Source: Eledone cirrhosa
Taxonomy: Eukaryota
Assembly (NCBI GenBank): GCA_964016885.1
Contig: OZ024742.1
Coordinates: forward strand, 309,442,001-309,506,000
Length of the DNA: 64,000 nucleotides
Reading direction: 5' to 3'
Shown in pieces: positions 1-13,100 of the stretch. The notes beneath the pieces are model-generated. The model had not been told where the DNA came from. It worked only from the letters and a program-made list of their open reading frames with translations, and made no database searches. A program made the translations under genes and the position numbers. The stretch's first letter is position 1. Each line of letters starts with the position of its first letter.

Positions 1-30
1 CAGGTGTAATAGTAAAAAAAAATGTTTATT
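1..30 (+). other. Probable end of the SPICE1 non-coding 5' exon
   Basis: GTAAGT at 31-36. The SPICE1 ATG sits directly on an acceptor, so an upstream exon is implied. Confidence 0.4.
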
Positions 31-944
31 GTAAGTGAAATTAGTTAAGTTTGGTTCTAATTTTGAAGGAGAAATTTATATTTTTCCTGTGATTTAAAAA
101 AAAAAATGTTTTGAACGAATATGTCCTTCAAAACCGTCGTAAACTACTTTTTTTCTTGTAGTCGAATGGAATAAAATTGCGAGATACCAGGAATTACCAG
201 CAAACTATTTTTCCAGCCTGTTATTGTTTTCGACTTGTCTTACCGAGTACTTGGTTGTACAAGCGCCTCAGCTTTGGTATCAACTGTGGTAATGTTGTGA
301 CTGTTGGTTTGCCTAAAAAAATGATAGAAAAATACTAGAGAGATCCTTCAGCACTCCTTATGGTGTGTGATTGAGTGTTTAGATCTTCCCACATCCTTTT
401 TTACTTCTTTTATTAACCTCCCTTTTCTATTTTAGTACAGTATATACATGTGAAAGAAATTTATTAAACAGTAAGAGAAAAATGACAAAGTGGAAGGCGG
501 AGAGAAACAAATTTAATAATAAAAAAGGGTCAAAGCTAATGTACATGCTAGTGGGAGGATGACTAATTGATAATTATCACTTGTAGCCATCAAAAGTTGA
601 CAGCATTTCTTCTGTTTTGTGCTCCTTCATTAAGACTTATATACTAGTATATAAGTCGAGAAATGTGACAAAAAAGTCGCTAGTAAAATGGGGCCGACTT
701 ATATTTGAGGTCAATATTTTGCTGATTTTCACCAACTTCAAAATTCGATGTAAATGAGGTGCTAAAATAGTTTCGTTTTGGACGTAGATATTACACTGGC
801 TTCACTTTCATTGTGAAATTCATATTTACTATTGTTTTTGATATGCCTTGAATGAATATGACTTTCAAAACGGTTGGAAATTGGTAAAGAAAATCCTTAC
901 ATAATGGAGTTGTGAAATAAAAACTAGACATTAAACGACAAAGC

Positions 945-2340
945 ATTTTCTTCTTCGCCCACTTATTCTTGAGAGCGTCATAGGGGACGAGTCCTCAAAC
1001 ACTTCTTCTAGTGTGTCATGTCAGAAGCACTCGTCTCCAATTGATCTGGTTGGTTTTGCCCTTAAAATCTGTCCAGTGATTCTTTCCTGAGACATTCTAA
1101 CCACATACCTGCTGTGATCTCTCAATTCGGAGAAGTAGCAGCTCTACCTGGAGCAACTCTGATCCCTGAGCTACACACATTATCAAGTAACATTTCTTCA
1201 AAGACCCTTCAGAAGAAACCTATTTCAACCGCTTGTATTTGCGATCATATTCTTTCAGTCGTTACCCAAGATTCATGACCATAGGTATGGGTTGGCATGA
1301 ATACCGAATTGAAGATAGTTTGGCCTTTACACCTATCTCCCTTCTTCTGATTACCGAATGCTGAAGCTGGCACATTACTGCACCAGCTCCTGCAATTCTT
1401 GCACTTCATTCAGCCTCCTGCTCTCCATCACTCATTAACATGGCCCTGAGATGCTTGAACTTATCTACCTGTTTCAGTGGAACTCCAGTCACATATGGAG
1501 TGCACTGCACAGGCTTCTTTGAGAAGACAAGTGTTTCATTCTTTGCAGCACTGATTTTCATTCCAGCCGTGCAGCACTTGGCAGCAAACTTATCAATTGC
1601 ATGTCAGAGATCACCTGCTGATGAGTTGAGTAATACCATGTTGTTTGCAAATTCCAGCCGACTGATCCTACACATGCCAGTTGTGATACTACTTCCAACT
1701 TGGCTGCACATGTCAATCCTGTTCATGAAGATTATAAACAGGAGAAGCCAGAGTATGCACCATTGGTGGAGTCAGATTCTCATATTGAATGGTTTCCGAT
1801 TTAGCACCATTTATCTGAACACAAATACTCAAGCATGCATATAGAGACATCAGAGTAATAAGAAAGAGCCCATCGATCCCATACTCTTGGAGAACCTTCC
1901 ACAGTAGGTCCCGTGGACCATGGTCATATACCTTTTTAAGGTCTACAGAGCAAAAATGCACCTCTTGGCAGTACTCCCATGATTTCTCAAAGACCTGTCT
2001 CAGTGTGAATATTTGGTCAGCTGTGTATGTCCAGGGCGAAACCTACGTTGTTCATCAGCTAGCTTGGACTTGACAATCTCCCTAATCTCTTTGATAAACA
2101 CTTAGCATAGACTTTACCAAGGAGGCTTAACAAAGAGATCCCTCTATAATTAGAGCAATCTCTGTCTCTCTTTTTGAAAATTGGGATTATCACTCCCGAT
2201 TGCTATTGCTTGCGTGCCTTTCCAGAGCTCCAGGCCACCCGGCACACAAGTCAGCCAGAGAATATCTTCTCAATTTAAGGCTTTTAACATCTTGGACTGA
2301 ATTTCATTCTCCCCAGCCTCTGAGACATTAGTCATCGCTC
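945..2340 (-). mobile_element. Degenerate 5'-truncated RTE-clade LINE (family B), RT and 3' end
   Basis: FCSVDLKKVYDHGPRDLLWKVLQEYGIDG RT motif, frameshifts; 3' end shared with copies at 20135-20435, 29905-30120 and 46540-47165. Confidence 0.85.
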
Positions 2341-2688
2341 TCAGATGCACCTCATGTAAATTGGAATGTGCTGCTGTTATCGGGTTTAGGAGATGCCTTT
2401 TCATTCTTCAAAAGTTGATAAAATAAGTACCGGTCAAGTACTGGAATCAATATGGTCACATATACCCAGGTCAGAATAGAGGGGATGGGGTGGGGTAGAT
2501 AGAACAGTTGGCACGGGCCTTTGATTTTGTGGAAGTAGACTTTCCTCAAGTTCTGGTTCTTTTATTCTGTTATATATAAGTATATTATGTACATTACATA
2601 TTGGTGTATATACTTATTTATAACCCATACATATATATATGTAGCACTGATTATTAAAGTACTTGATGTGGGGCAATTTGAAATGGAA

Positions 2689-3059
2689 CCTACATTTCAC
2701 ATTTAGTTTGAACCTATTCTCAACTTTCCACAGGCCTCTATATAGCTCTCCTTCCTACATTTCACATTTAGTCTAAACCTATTCCCAGCTTTCCACAGGC
2801 CTCTAGATAGCTCTCCCTCCTATATTTCACATCTAGTCTAAACCTATTCCCAGCTTTCCATAGGCCTCTATATAGTTCTCCCTCCTACATTTCACATCTA
2901 GTCTGAACCTATTCCCAGCTTTCCATAGGCCTCTATATAGTTCTCCCTCCTACATTTCACATCTAGTTTGAACCTATTCCCAACTTTCCACAAACTTCTA
3001 TATAGTTCTCACTCTTACATTTCACATCTACTCTAAACCTATTCCCAACTTTCCACAGG
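2689..3059. repeat. 65-bp minisatellite, about 5.7 copies
   Basis: tacatttcacat recurs at 2691, 2756, 2821, 2886, 2951, 3016. Confidence 0.95.
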
Positions 3060-3319
3060 CATCCCTCCAAAAATGAATGTCTTTTAGCCAATGTAAGGAA
3101 CTATTGTTCAGTTGTGTTGGTATTGTTTTGTGTTCTTTATCTAGGAAGAAAACCGAAAGAGATTAAATAAGAAGAAAACAAGAATGGCATGTATTACTGA
3201 TATTTTGGCACACTTATGTATGTGTGCACACACTTTGCTTATGTATAAACACACACAGGCATTATGTATAATTGTGCAGTACACATACACACACTTTTTT
3301 TATTTTTTTTTTTTTTTTT

Positions 3320-3647
3320 CATCATTTTACATCTGCTTTTGCCTGCTTGCAAGGGTGGGACGGGAACTGATTCTGGCTTGATTTCTACAGCTGGATGCCC
3401 TTCCTAACACCAACCTCATTTACAGTGAGTGCTGGGTGCTTTTTTACCGTGGCGCCTACACCTCCACTTTGCAGTGGAATGATAGTGACCTCAGTCCCTA
3501 TCATCTCATTTCTACAGCTGAGCAAACTGGAGCAATGTGAAATAAAGTGTCTTGCTCAAGGAAACAACACATCAGCCGGTCTGAGAATTGAACTCACAAC
3601 CTTTCGATTGCAAGGCCAATGCTCTAACCACTAAGCCATGTGCCTCC
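3320..3647 (-). mobile_element. tRNA-derived SINE family A (RTE-type 3' tail)
   Basis: A-box/B-box head; near-identical to 52839-53176. Confidence 0.88.
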
Positions 3648-4703
3648 ACTTTACTTATGTATAAGCACACATTCTTATGCTGGTTTCCGACATTAAACTG
3701 AACATGTTGGGCACCACATTTTAGTCAACCATATCAACCCAGTACATATATAAGATTGGTACATATTTAATGAAGGTGGTGAATTGGCAGAGTAGTTAGA
3801 ACGTTGGATAGAATGTTTTATGGTATTCATTCCAGCTCTCTGCTCTCTGAGTTTAAATCCCGCCGAGCTCAACTTTGCCTTTCATCCTTTCAAGGTCGAT
3901 AAAAAAAGTACCAGTCTTATATTGGGATCTAATCTTCCTCTATATATCTTTATCATTTCCTCTCTCTCACTTTCTATCTTTCTCTTGAATAAATCTGCTG
4001 TACTCAGGCCTGGAGTGGGATGGGCTCTGCCAGGCTTAAAAAAAAAAGATGCCCAAGAAACGCTGTTTGTTAATACGGCGCCCCTATGACTCTATCAGGA
4101 GTTATGGGACCATACATACATATTTTATAGATTTCTGTTTATCAAAAGATTATTTTTGACTGAAAGAGATGCAACACTTGTGTAAACACAAACCTCTTAA
4201 ATATTCAAGTAAATTCATCTGAGTCCATTCTATCCTCTTCCTCCTCAATTTTTATGTAGCTATCACCTGCTATCAATGCTGAATCCATGTTTTCTCTTGC
4301 TACCGTTTACTACCATTCTCTCTATCTCTTTCTTTTTCTCTCTTTTTCGCTCTCTCTCTACACCTTTATTACATTGGAACAAGACCAGAAATATTGAGTG
4401 TTGATAATAGTCAATTATATTGACCAGAACTTGGCTGGTGTTTATTCCATTAGCCAAACAAAATTTTTAAACATTTTCTTAAAATGAAAGAATTGAATAT
4501 CTTACTAAACTCCTCAAAAAATGTTGATTATTTTAAACATTAAATAAAATACAAAGTGTATTTCATTAGAAATACAGTAACAAAAGGGTTGATGTTAATT
4601 TAATTCCAATCTAAGCCTACTTTTAAACATGATTATTAAAGATTCTCTTTTGTATCTTTGACCTTTTTTTTCTTTTTTCTTTTCACTCTGTTCATTTCTG
4701 AAG

Positions 4704-4784
4704 ATGTCTTTCATCAAGAAAGGACGGCTATTTTACTCCACAAAAAATCTCAATAAAAAGAGGAAGAAACGACCAGCATGGGAT
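4704..4784 (+). CDS. SPICE1: SPICE1 coding exon 1 (MSFIKKGRLFYSTKNLNKKRKKRPAWD)
   Basis: Pyrimidine tract and AG immediately before the ATG; GTGAGT donor; MSF...WD resembles the SPICE1 N-terminus. Confidence 0.88.
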
Positions 4785-7700
4785 GTGAGTAGTGTTTGTT
4801 TTGTCTTCTTTCTATCCAAAACACTCTGGCTAGTCTAGGTATTTGGACAACCAATCATGACATGACTGGTTTGTATTGTCAACAATACTGTATTGTACTT
4901 GTGACAACGACAGCACTAGCAGCAGTTGTATAAATTAAATGTCAGTTTTCTCTGCTAGCGAGGCTTGGATTGGTCATTTGGTAATTTTCTACCAAGTCAG
5001 TACATAGTCGAAGCTATTGACCTCTCAGACAGGCCAGGAGCCACATCTCACTTTCATGTGTTCCTGTGTTCTGCAGAGTGTACCAGGTGCATTTTATTGT
5101 GATTAGGGCACAAGCACCTGGAAAGTTTTCATGTCTCTTTATTCGGCAGTTTACTATAGTTTGGATGCCTTTCCTACAACCAATCACTTTACAGAGTGTA
5201 CTGGGTGCATTTTATCAAGTCAGCAACACTAACACTAGGGAGGTGGTCTTGTCCTTGATGCAACTAAAGAGGCCTCCCATCTCTTTGTTTGACAATTTTC
5301 TATGGTTAGATGTCCTTCCTATTACCACCCACTTTACTGGATGTATTTTATTATGGCATCGACACAGGGAGATTGTCATGTCTTTGACACAACTGAAGAG
5401 TCCTGTCACCTGTTAGTTTGGTAGTTTTCTATGGCTCTTTCTATCTCCAACCTTGTGCCTATAGTAGAAACAATTATTTGACGTGGTTTTATTAACCATG
5501 TGCTCCTTTTATCACCAATTACTCTACAGTAAGGACTGAGTGTATTTATTGTGCCACTAGAACAAAAAAGATTTGTCAGGACCATGTCTCTCCTTTATAT
5601 TGAGTTTTTGTTCAGAGTTACCACTCTTCTCAATGGCTTGTCCTTTATGCACATATTTATTTAGAGTAACTACTCTCCTAGACAGGTTGCCATTATTGTA
5701 AACATTCAATTACAGTCTACCATGTTATGGGAGAGGGAAAATATGGGATGAAAGAGAGGATAAGGATATATGATAAAGAGTGGGGTAAACAGAGGTAAGT
5801 TAGGAGAAAGAGACATGTAAAAGAACTAAATAGGAGATACAGAGTAGGTAGAAGAGAATGGTCAGAAACAATATGTGAGAAAAGCAAAGATGAAAGGAGA
5901 AGGGGGGAACTGACAGAGAAAATCGTGTAAGAAGAAGAATATGGAATAGAGAAGAAAAAGAGAGGCAGCTTGTGTGAGAAAATATATGGGAGGGGTGAAG
6001 GAGTTTGTGGGAGTTGGCAAAGGGAGCATATCCTGATAGGGTTTGTGGAAATTGGTAGAATGTGGTGGAAAGAAGGCAGGTGTCATGATTTGGAATAAAA
6101 GTCTGTTGTTGCTGAATACCACCTAAAGAAGCTTAAATTAGCAACTTTTCATTTAAATAATAATAATTGTTTCTACTTTAGGCACAAGGCCAGCAATTCG
6201 AAGGGGAGGGGAAAGTCGATTAAATCACCTCCAGTTCATTACTGGTACTTTATTTTATTGGCCCTGTAAGGATGAAAGGCTAAGCTAACCTCGGCGTGAT
6301 TTGAACTCAGAACGTAAAAGGCCATAACTCTGTGCTGCAAAGCATGGTGTCTGACACTATACCGATACTGCCAAACCACTGTCCTTAATAATAATATTAA
6401 TAAGGAAAATTATTGTATACAGTGCTCAGGTGCAGTACAACTCATTAAAAGTGCATGTGTAGTATATAGAATAATGCGCGTGTATGTTGGCGAATGTCCG
6501 GAAGCATAGCTAATCAGATCACAGGAGTAATAAATAAGTTAATGAAAGATAATGATAAAATATAAATATATATGAATCTTATCTTGACTTTCCATAACAC
6601 TTGACTTCCACTTCATATGTGAGGACTAGTCTCCATTCTAAATGTTTATTTGAAACTAAAGAGTTATAAGTAGTGTTGAAAAAGATCACTATCAGTTTGG
6701 TTGAATTGTTCTTGTGAGAATGATTTTCCATATTTTTTCAGGGTACAATGACAGATCTTTCTGTGTACAAACCAAGACCTGAAGAACTTGTAAGTACTCC
6801 AATTTTGTAAATCCTATTATTCAGCTGAGAGTTGGGTAGGTGGAGAAATCTAAGGTAACTACTGCCTCTGTTTGAAAGAAAGAGTTTCTCTCTCTTCATA
6901 TGAAACAGACTATATAAAATTGAGATATATTGAGTCAACCTCCTACCAATATGTACTCTCAGATCTTGAATAATCATACTCTTCCTGCTTATTAATTTTT
7001 CAGATATTTTCCAATCCCCCCTCCCGCTTATTAGATTTTGCTAATCTATCTCTGATAAGTGGTTCATATCGATACAGCAGCTGGAGAATCTAATATTAAT
7101 TTTATTTTACATTAAAAAAAACATATACGGCAAAAAAAGAACATTACAAGAAATCCCATATTTACAAACATACACTATACAATCCCCCCCCCCCCTCACA
7201 CACACACTTATAAGAATTTAACCCTTTAATGTTAAAACCGGCCAGAATTCTCTACCTCTTTCTGTTGAAACTAGCTGTAACTGGTCGCTCAAACTGATGT
7301 TAAGGTATTATTCTCAAAATAAATACTTTCAAAATCTCATAGATTCGATATTATATGAGGTAAAGCCTTTACCATGAAAATATAATAGTATATATAGAGT
7401 ATAATAGTATATATAATAGTATATATAGAGTAGCTAAAGGGTTAAGCAAATGTCCAACTGAGAGTAGCCTTCACTCTTTCCTCCATTACTGCTTTCCATA
7501 CATCCCATCACTGTCCACTCCACCACACTCATAACCATATATATCTGTCCACCTTAGTCACCACACTTGTATCTTCACTTTGTTCACATTTTCCTTTGAA
7601 CAAGGTAACCCCTCTAGTGTGCTACCAAGTCTCTTCTGTTTTTTTACTTTTATTAGTGCTTACCTTGAAATAAGGCAGCCCTTCTAGTGTGCCATTAGCT

Positions 7701-10074
7701 ACCATGTCCCTTTTGTTTCATTCTAACCGAATACGGCCAATTTAAAAGGTTAATTAATTGAAATAAAGTGTATTTCATTAGAGATATGGTCACTAAAGGG
7801 TTAATTTCTCTCTCTCCCCCTTCCTTCTTATAATTTCGTTTTTCCTACCTTTTACATAATTTTGTTTCTCTTTTCTCACCATTCTATTGACAGATGTATC
7901 GCAAGAAAATTCACCAATCAAAACATTTACCAAGTGTTAAGTATGAAAATGAAATCAAGAAAAATGGCAAAAGTTCGTCACAGTAACAACTTTTTAAAAC
8001 TTTTATTCTACCAATTTATCTCTCTCTTTCTCCCCCCCCCCTCTCTCTCTCTTTCTCTCACAGAGTGACAAACAGATTTGCAAACAGAGTGCATAAATAT
8101 ATCTATACATATATATATCTATACCCTTGCAAGCAAGGAAAAGCGGACGTAAAATGATGATGATGATGATGATGATGATGATATATATATCTATATATAT
8201 ATGAAGGCGCATGGCTTAGTGGTTAGAGCATTGGGCTTGCAATCGAAAGGTTGTGAGTTCAATTCTCGGACCAGGTGATGTTGTTTCCTTGAGCAAGACA
8301 CTTTATTTCACATTGCTCCAGTTTACTCAGCTGTAGAAATGAGATGATAGGGGCTGGGGTCCATATCATTCCACTGAAAAGTAGATGTGTAGGTGCCACA
8401 GCAAAAAAGTACCCAGCCCACACTGTAAAGTGGACATGTAGGCGCCATGGAAAAAAAGCACCCAGCACTCACTGTAAATGAGGTTGGTGTTAGGAAGGGC
8501 ATCCAGCTGTAGAAATCAAGCCAGAATCAGTTCCCGTATGAGCAAGACAAGGTTAGCCGACCGGACACTGCCCACAACAGGACCACCCATCTAACCCATG
8601 CTAGCGTGGAAGAACAGACGTAAAACGATGATGATGATGATGATCATCATCATCATCGTTTAACGTCCATTTTCCACACTAGCATGGGTCTGGACGGGAA
8701 TTGTCCACTTGAGGCAAGATTGGTTGTCTTGCTCAGGACTGTCTGGCGGGTTTTCTACGGCTGGATGCCCTTCCTAACACCAACCATGTTTACAGTGTGG
8801 ACTGGGAGGTTTTTACCGTGTTACCTACACGGCCACATTACAGCATGGACTGTGTGTTTTATTGTCGTGACACCTACACGTCTGGCGGGTTTTCTACAGC
8901 TGGGTCCCCTTTCCAACACCAACCACGTTTACAGTGTGTACTGGGAGGTTTTTACCGTGTTACCTACAAGGCCACAGAATTCACAAGAATCAAAGCTATG
9001 TTCAAAGCATTTATTCACTTACAATTTTTTTCATCCAAACCTAGGCTTGGAGTCTTCGGAGCATTTTTCAATGTTTCTATACATAATTGACCTCCTTTCC
9101 AATGCAAGAGACATACAGATACATATATATATATTGATGTACAGTGGAGTGACATATATTATACTATATTATTTCTGTATAGCAATTCAAATTCAAAATT
9201 AAAATTAAAACACAATTAAAATACATTCTATAAATTTGGATGAAATAACACTGAGCCGCAATAAGCTAAAATAATTTAATTTAATGCATCAAACATCCAA
9301 TACGGAATCATCGTTACTTATGTGATGGATGTAAAAACTATATATTACTTTTCTTGAATGTGAAAATGGTGTTGGATACGAAAACCATAACTTTCTTTTG
9401 CTTCTCCTTTTTATTTTTATTTTTCTGCACACATACTTTTTTATTATATACAAAAAATACCTTACCACTACAACCACCATAATACTCTTACTTACCCGCT
9501 TAAAGTACTTATATTACATGAACACCCTGCCACACAATAATCATATATAAATGAGACACACTTGCATGCCCCACGTGTAACTAACGCATACACTAACTAC
9601 TACATCTGACTAACAAACTATCCTCTTGCATTATCTGTGTTAACTGCCGAATGTATTTTAATTGTGTTTTAGTTTTAATTTTAATTTTGATTTTGATTTT
9701 GAATTTGAATTGCTATACAGAAATAATATAGTATAATATATGTCACTCCACTGTACATCAATATATATATATGTATCTGTATGTCTCTTGCATTGGAAAG
9801 GAGGTCAATTATGTATAGAAACATTGAAAAATGCTCCGAAGACTCCAAGCCTAGGTTTGGATGAAACAATTGTAAGTGAATAAATGCGTTGAACATAGCT
9901 TTGATTCTTGTGAATTCTATATAACTGCTCTGTAGAACAACTGATGTTATTACATTGAGCTATTTATCTTACTGGTAATAAGGTAGTAATAAATTACTGA
10001 CCTTCACTGTTCAGGGTTTAAAATATACATAACTATAAAAAGTTTTAGTATATACATAACCATAAATAGTATCC

Positions 10075-10124
<50 letters not shown>

Positions 10125-13100
10125 GCAAATCTGTTTGTCACTCTATCTAACTCTATCCACTATCTATGGACCTCTCTGTTTGACTAGCAACTCCCTTATA
10201 TAGTTGTCTGTCTATATCTGTCTGTCTGTTTTGTTAGAAATCATATAAGAGAATGTATTTTTATGGCACCAGCACTAGAGAGGTTGTCTTTGACATAGCT
10301 ATATGAGCACAGAATGGCCAAATGATAAAAAAAATTTCACTTCACAATCATCAGGTCCTGGGTTCTATTCCACTGCATGGCAACTTAGCCAAGTGTTATT
10401 TACCATAGCCTGTTTAGTGAAATTGGGTTTGGGTGGATGGAAACTGAAAGCCTGTCAGATGGACTGTACCTATTATTCAAAGGGGCAGCCTAGTTACACA
10501 CTATGACATGCTGAATCTCACTCCCTAAGAATTGTATTCAAAGTACATGTGTATTTGGAATGCTCAGCCATTTACACATCAATTTCATGAGTAAACTGTT
10601 CCATTTATTGAACATTTGGAGGTCCATTCCATATATATGTGTGTACCCACAATATAATGCACTTGGTAGAGTGCGGGAACATATGTAAGTGAGATGTAGA
10701 CCTCTGGCCCATCTGATAAGTCAGTAGCTCCTCTTGAGTACTGACTTGGTCTGTAAAGACATATCCAACCCTTGCTAGCAGGGAACATAGATGTTAAATG
10801 ATGGTCTGTGACAACATATTCAACCCTTGCTAGCAGAGAAAATGGGTATTAAATGATGATAGTGGTGATGGTGGTCTGCGAAGGCATGCCCAACCCTTGC
10901 TAGCAGAGAAGACAGACATTAACTGATGAAGATAAATGGTGGTGGTGATGGTCTGTCCAACCCTTGCAAAGAAGACAGCCATTAAATGATGATGATGATG
11001 ATCTATTGTATATATTTCTCTTTTAATCAGATGAAATTTCATTAAACCTTGGGAAGTTGAATAACAGACAGCTGGCAATTATGAAAGAGATTCTTTATGA
11101 TGAAGATCAGGTATGTATATATGTATATAACCAACTTTCTTTTGTTTTTAGTTATTGATCAGTAATGTGTTGTAGATGCAGTTTGATCTCTCTGGTTTAC
11201 TTAACCTTTTAGCATTTAAGCCGGCTGTATCTGGTCAGAATTTACTCATCTCTTTCTGTTCAAACTGGCCATAACTAACCACTTATACTGATGTTGAGAT
11301 ATTGTTCTCAAAATAAATAATATCAAAATCTCATAGATTCGATATTATGTGACATAAAGCCTTTATTGCAAAAATACAATAGTATGTATAATGTAAATGC
11401 TAAAGGGTTAAGCCCTAAGTAAAAGTGGCTTTACAAGCCAAGTTTCTGCAGACAGCTGAAGAGTTTCACTGATGAAGTCCCAATATAGGACAAAAATTAA
11501 CCTCACTGGTCCTTTTTCTGTTGATGAAAATATACATAAAGGCAAGATGTTTACATCTGTCTATTACATAGTGTTATTCTGTTCTCTTTTTTTCCTTTCA
11601 CCTGTTCTAGCCAGTTGACATTGCACATCCAACAGAGCATATTTGCTTCATTTCTCTCCAGCCATCGCATATCCTCTGCAGTTGCTGCCCATGTCTCACT
11701 ACCATGCAGCATCGCACATCTCACACAGGCATCATATAACCGTCCTTTCATATGCAGGGAGAAACCCTTCTTTGTCAACAGAGGAAGCAGCTCCCTAAAC
11801 TTCTTCCAACCCGTCCTTATTCTAGTTACTATGGCCTCGGAACACCCCCTTCCCATGCTAATCTGATCACCTAGGTACCGGAAGCTACCAACTGCTGTTT
11901 CCATAGCCAGAATTTATTCTCTAGCTCCTCTACTGATTCTGCTATAAGAACCAGATCATCAGCATAGAGAACTTCCCATGGGCATCCAGTCTTAAACTCC
12001 TCTGTTATGGCTTGGAGGACTATAATGAACAAGAGCGGGCTGAGGACCGAACCCTGATGTACACCTACTTGTATCTGGAATTTCTCACTTTACTGACAGC
12101 ACCCTTGTACATAGCTTGCACTGTCTTCACAAGCCATTCCTCTACACCTAGTTTCCTTAGGGACCACCCCACCAGATGACAGATCAGGGTACCCTATCAA
12201 AGGCCTTCTCTAGGTCAACAAAAGCTAAGTATAGTGGCTTATTCTTCTCTAAGAACCTCTCTTGTTGTTACCTCACTAAGAAGAGGGCATCTGTTGTACT
12301 TTTCCGAGGTACAAAACCAAACTGCATCTCATCTAATTTGACCCTTTCTCTAATCAGTTGCGCTAATATTCTCTCTGCCACTTTCGTAACCTGATCCATC
12401 AGCTTTATGCCCCTATAATTGCTCCTCTCCAGAGCATCCCCTTTACCTTTGTAGCAATTTATGAGAATACTGCTGCACCAGTCTTTGGGTATGACACCAC
12501 CATATATAGCTTGATTGATGATGCATGCAACCAGTTTAGTGCCTACTTCTCCTGATGCCTTCAGCATGTCAGCAACTATCCCCGACGGTCCAGCAGCCTT
12601 ACCATTCTTCATTTCTTTAATTACCTCTTGTACCCTATATTCGTCAATCTCAATAGCTTGTCCCTCTGTCGGGTCTACTGGGGGTAATTTCTCTCTCTCC
12701 CATTCGTTCTCCACATTCATCTGTCTCTCAAAATGACACTTCCAAGCCTCTTTTTTGTTATCATTCGTGACACTAAGTACACTGGCATCATTCCGGACAC
12801 ACTTATCTCCAACAACATCCTGATTTGCGCTGACACACTGCCTTGCAATGCGGAACATCGCACGTCTCTGATCTTCCCATCGCAGAACATTGGCAAACCA
12901 CCTGGCGTCTAGCTTCTCTCTTAGCAGCTGTGTATCCTTCTCTACTCCCACCATTTTTCCAAGCCTTCCATGCCAGTCTTTTGTCTCTAATGGCCCTATC
13001 TACCGTGTTGTTCCACCACCAGGTCACTCTCTGTCTGGTTGAAGCTCTGCCCCAGTCACAAGTTTCTTCAGTAGCCTGCAGTAAGTTGTCACGCAAGAAA

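Noticed and set aside
1440-1844. 134-aa + strand ORF
   Set aside because: Antisense shadow of the RTE reverse transcriptase
9046-9090. Peptide LGVFGAFFNVSI in the inverted-repeat arm resembles FTCD (GVFGAYFNVLI, from memory)
   Set aside because: About 11 residues only, a stop follows immediately and there is no flanking similarity; likely chance unless tBLASTn shows more
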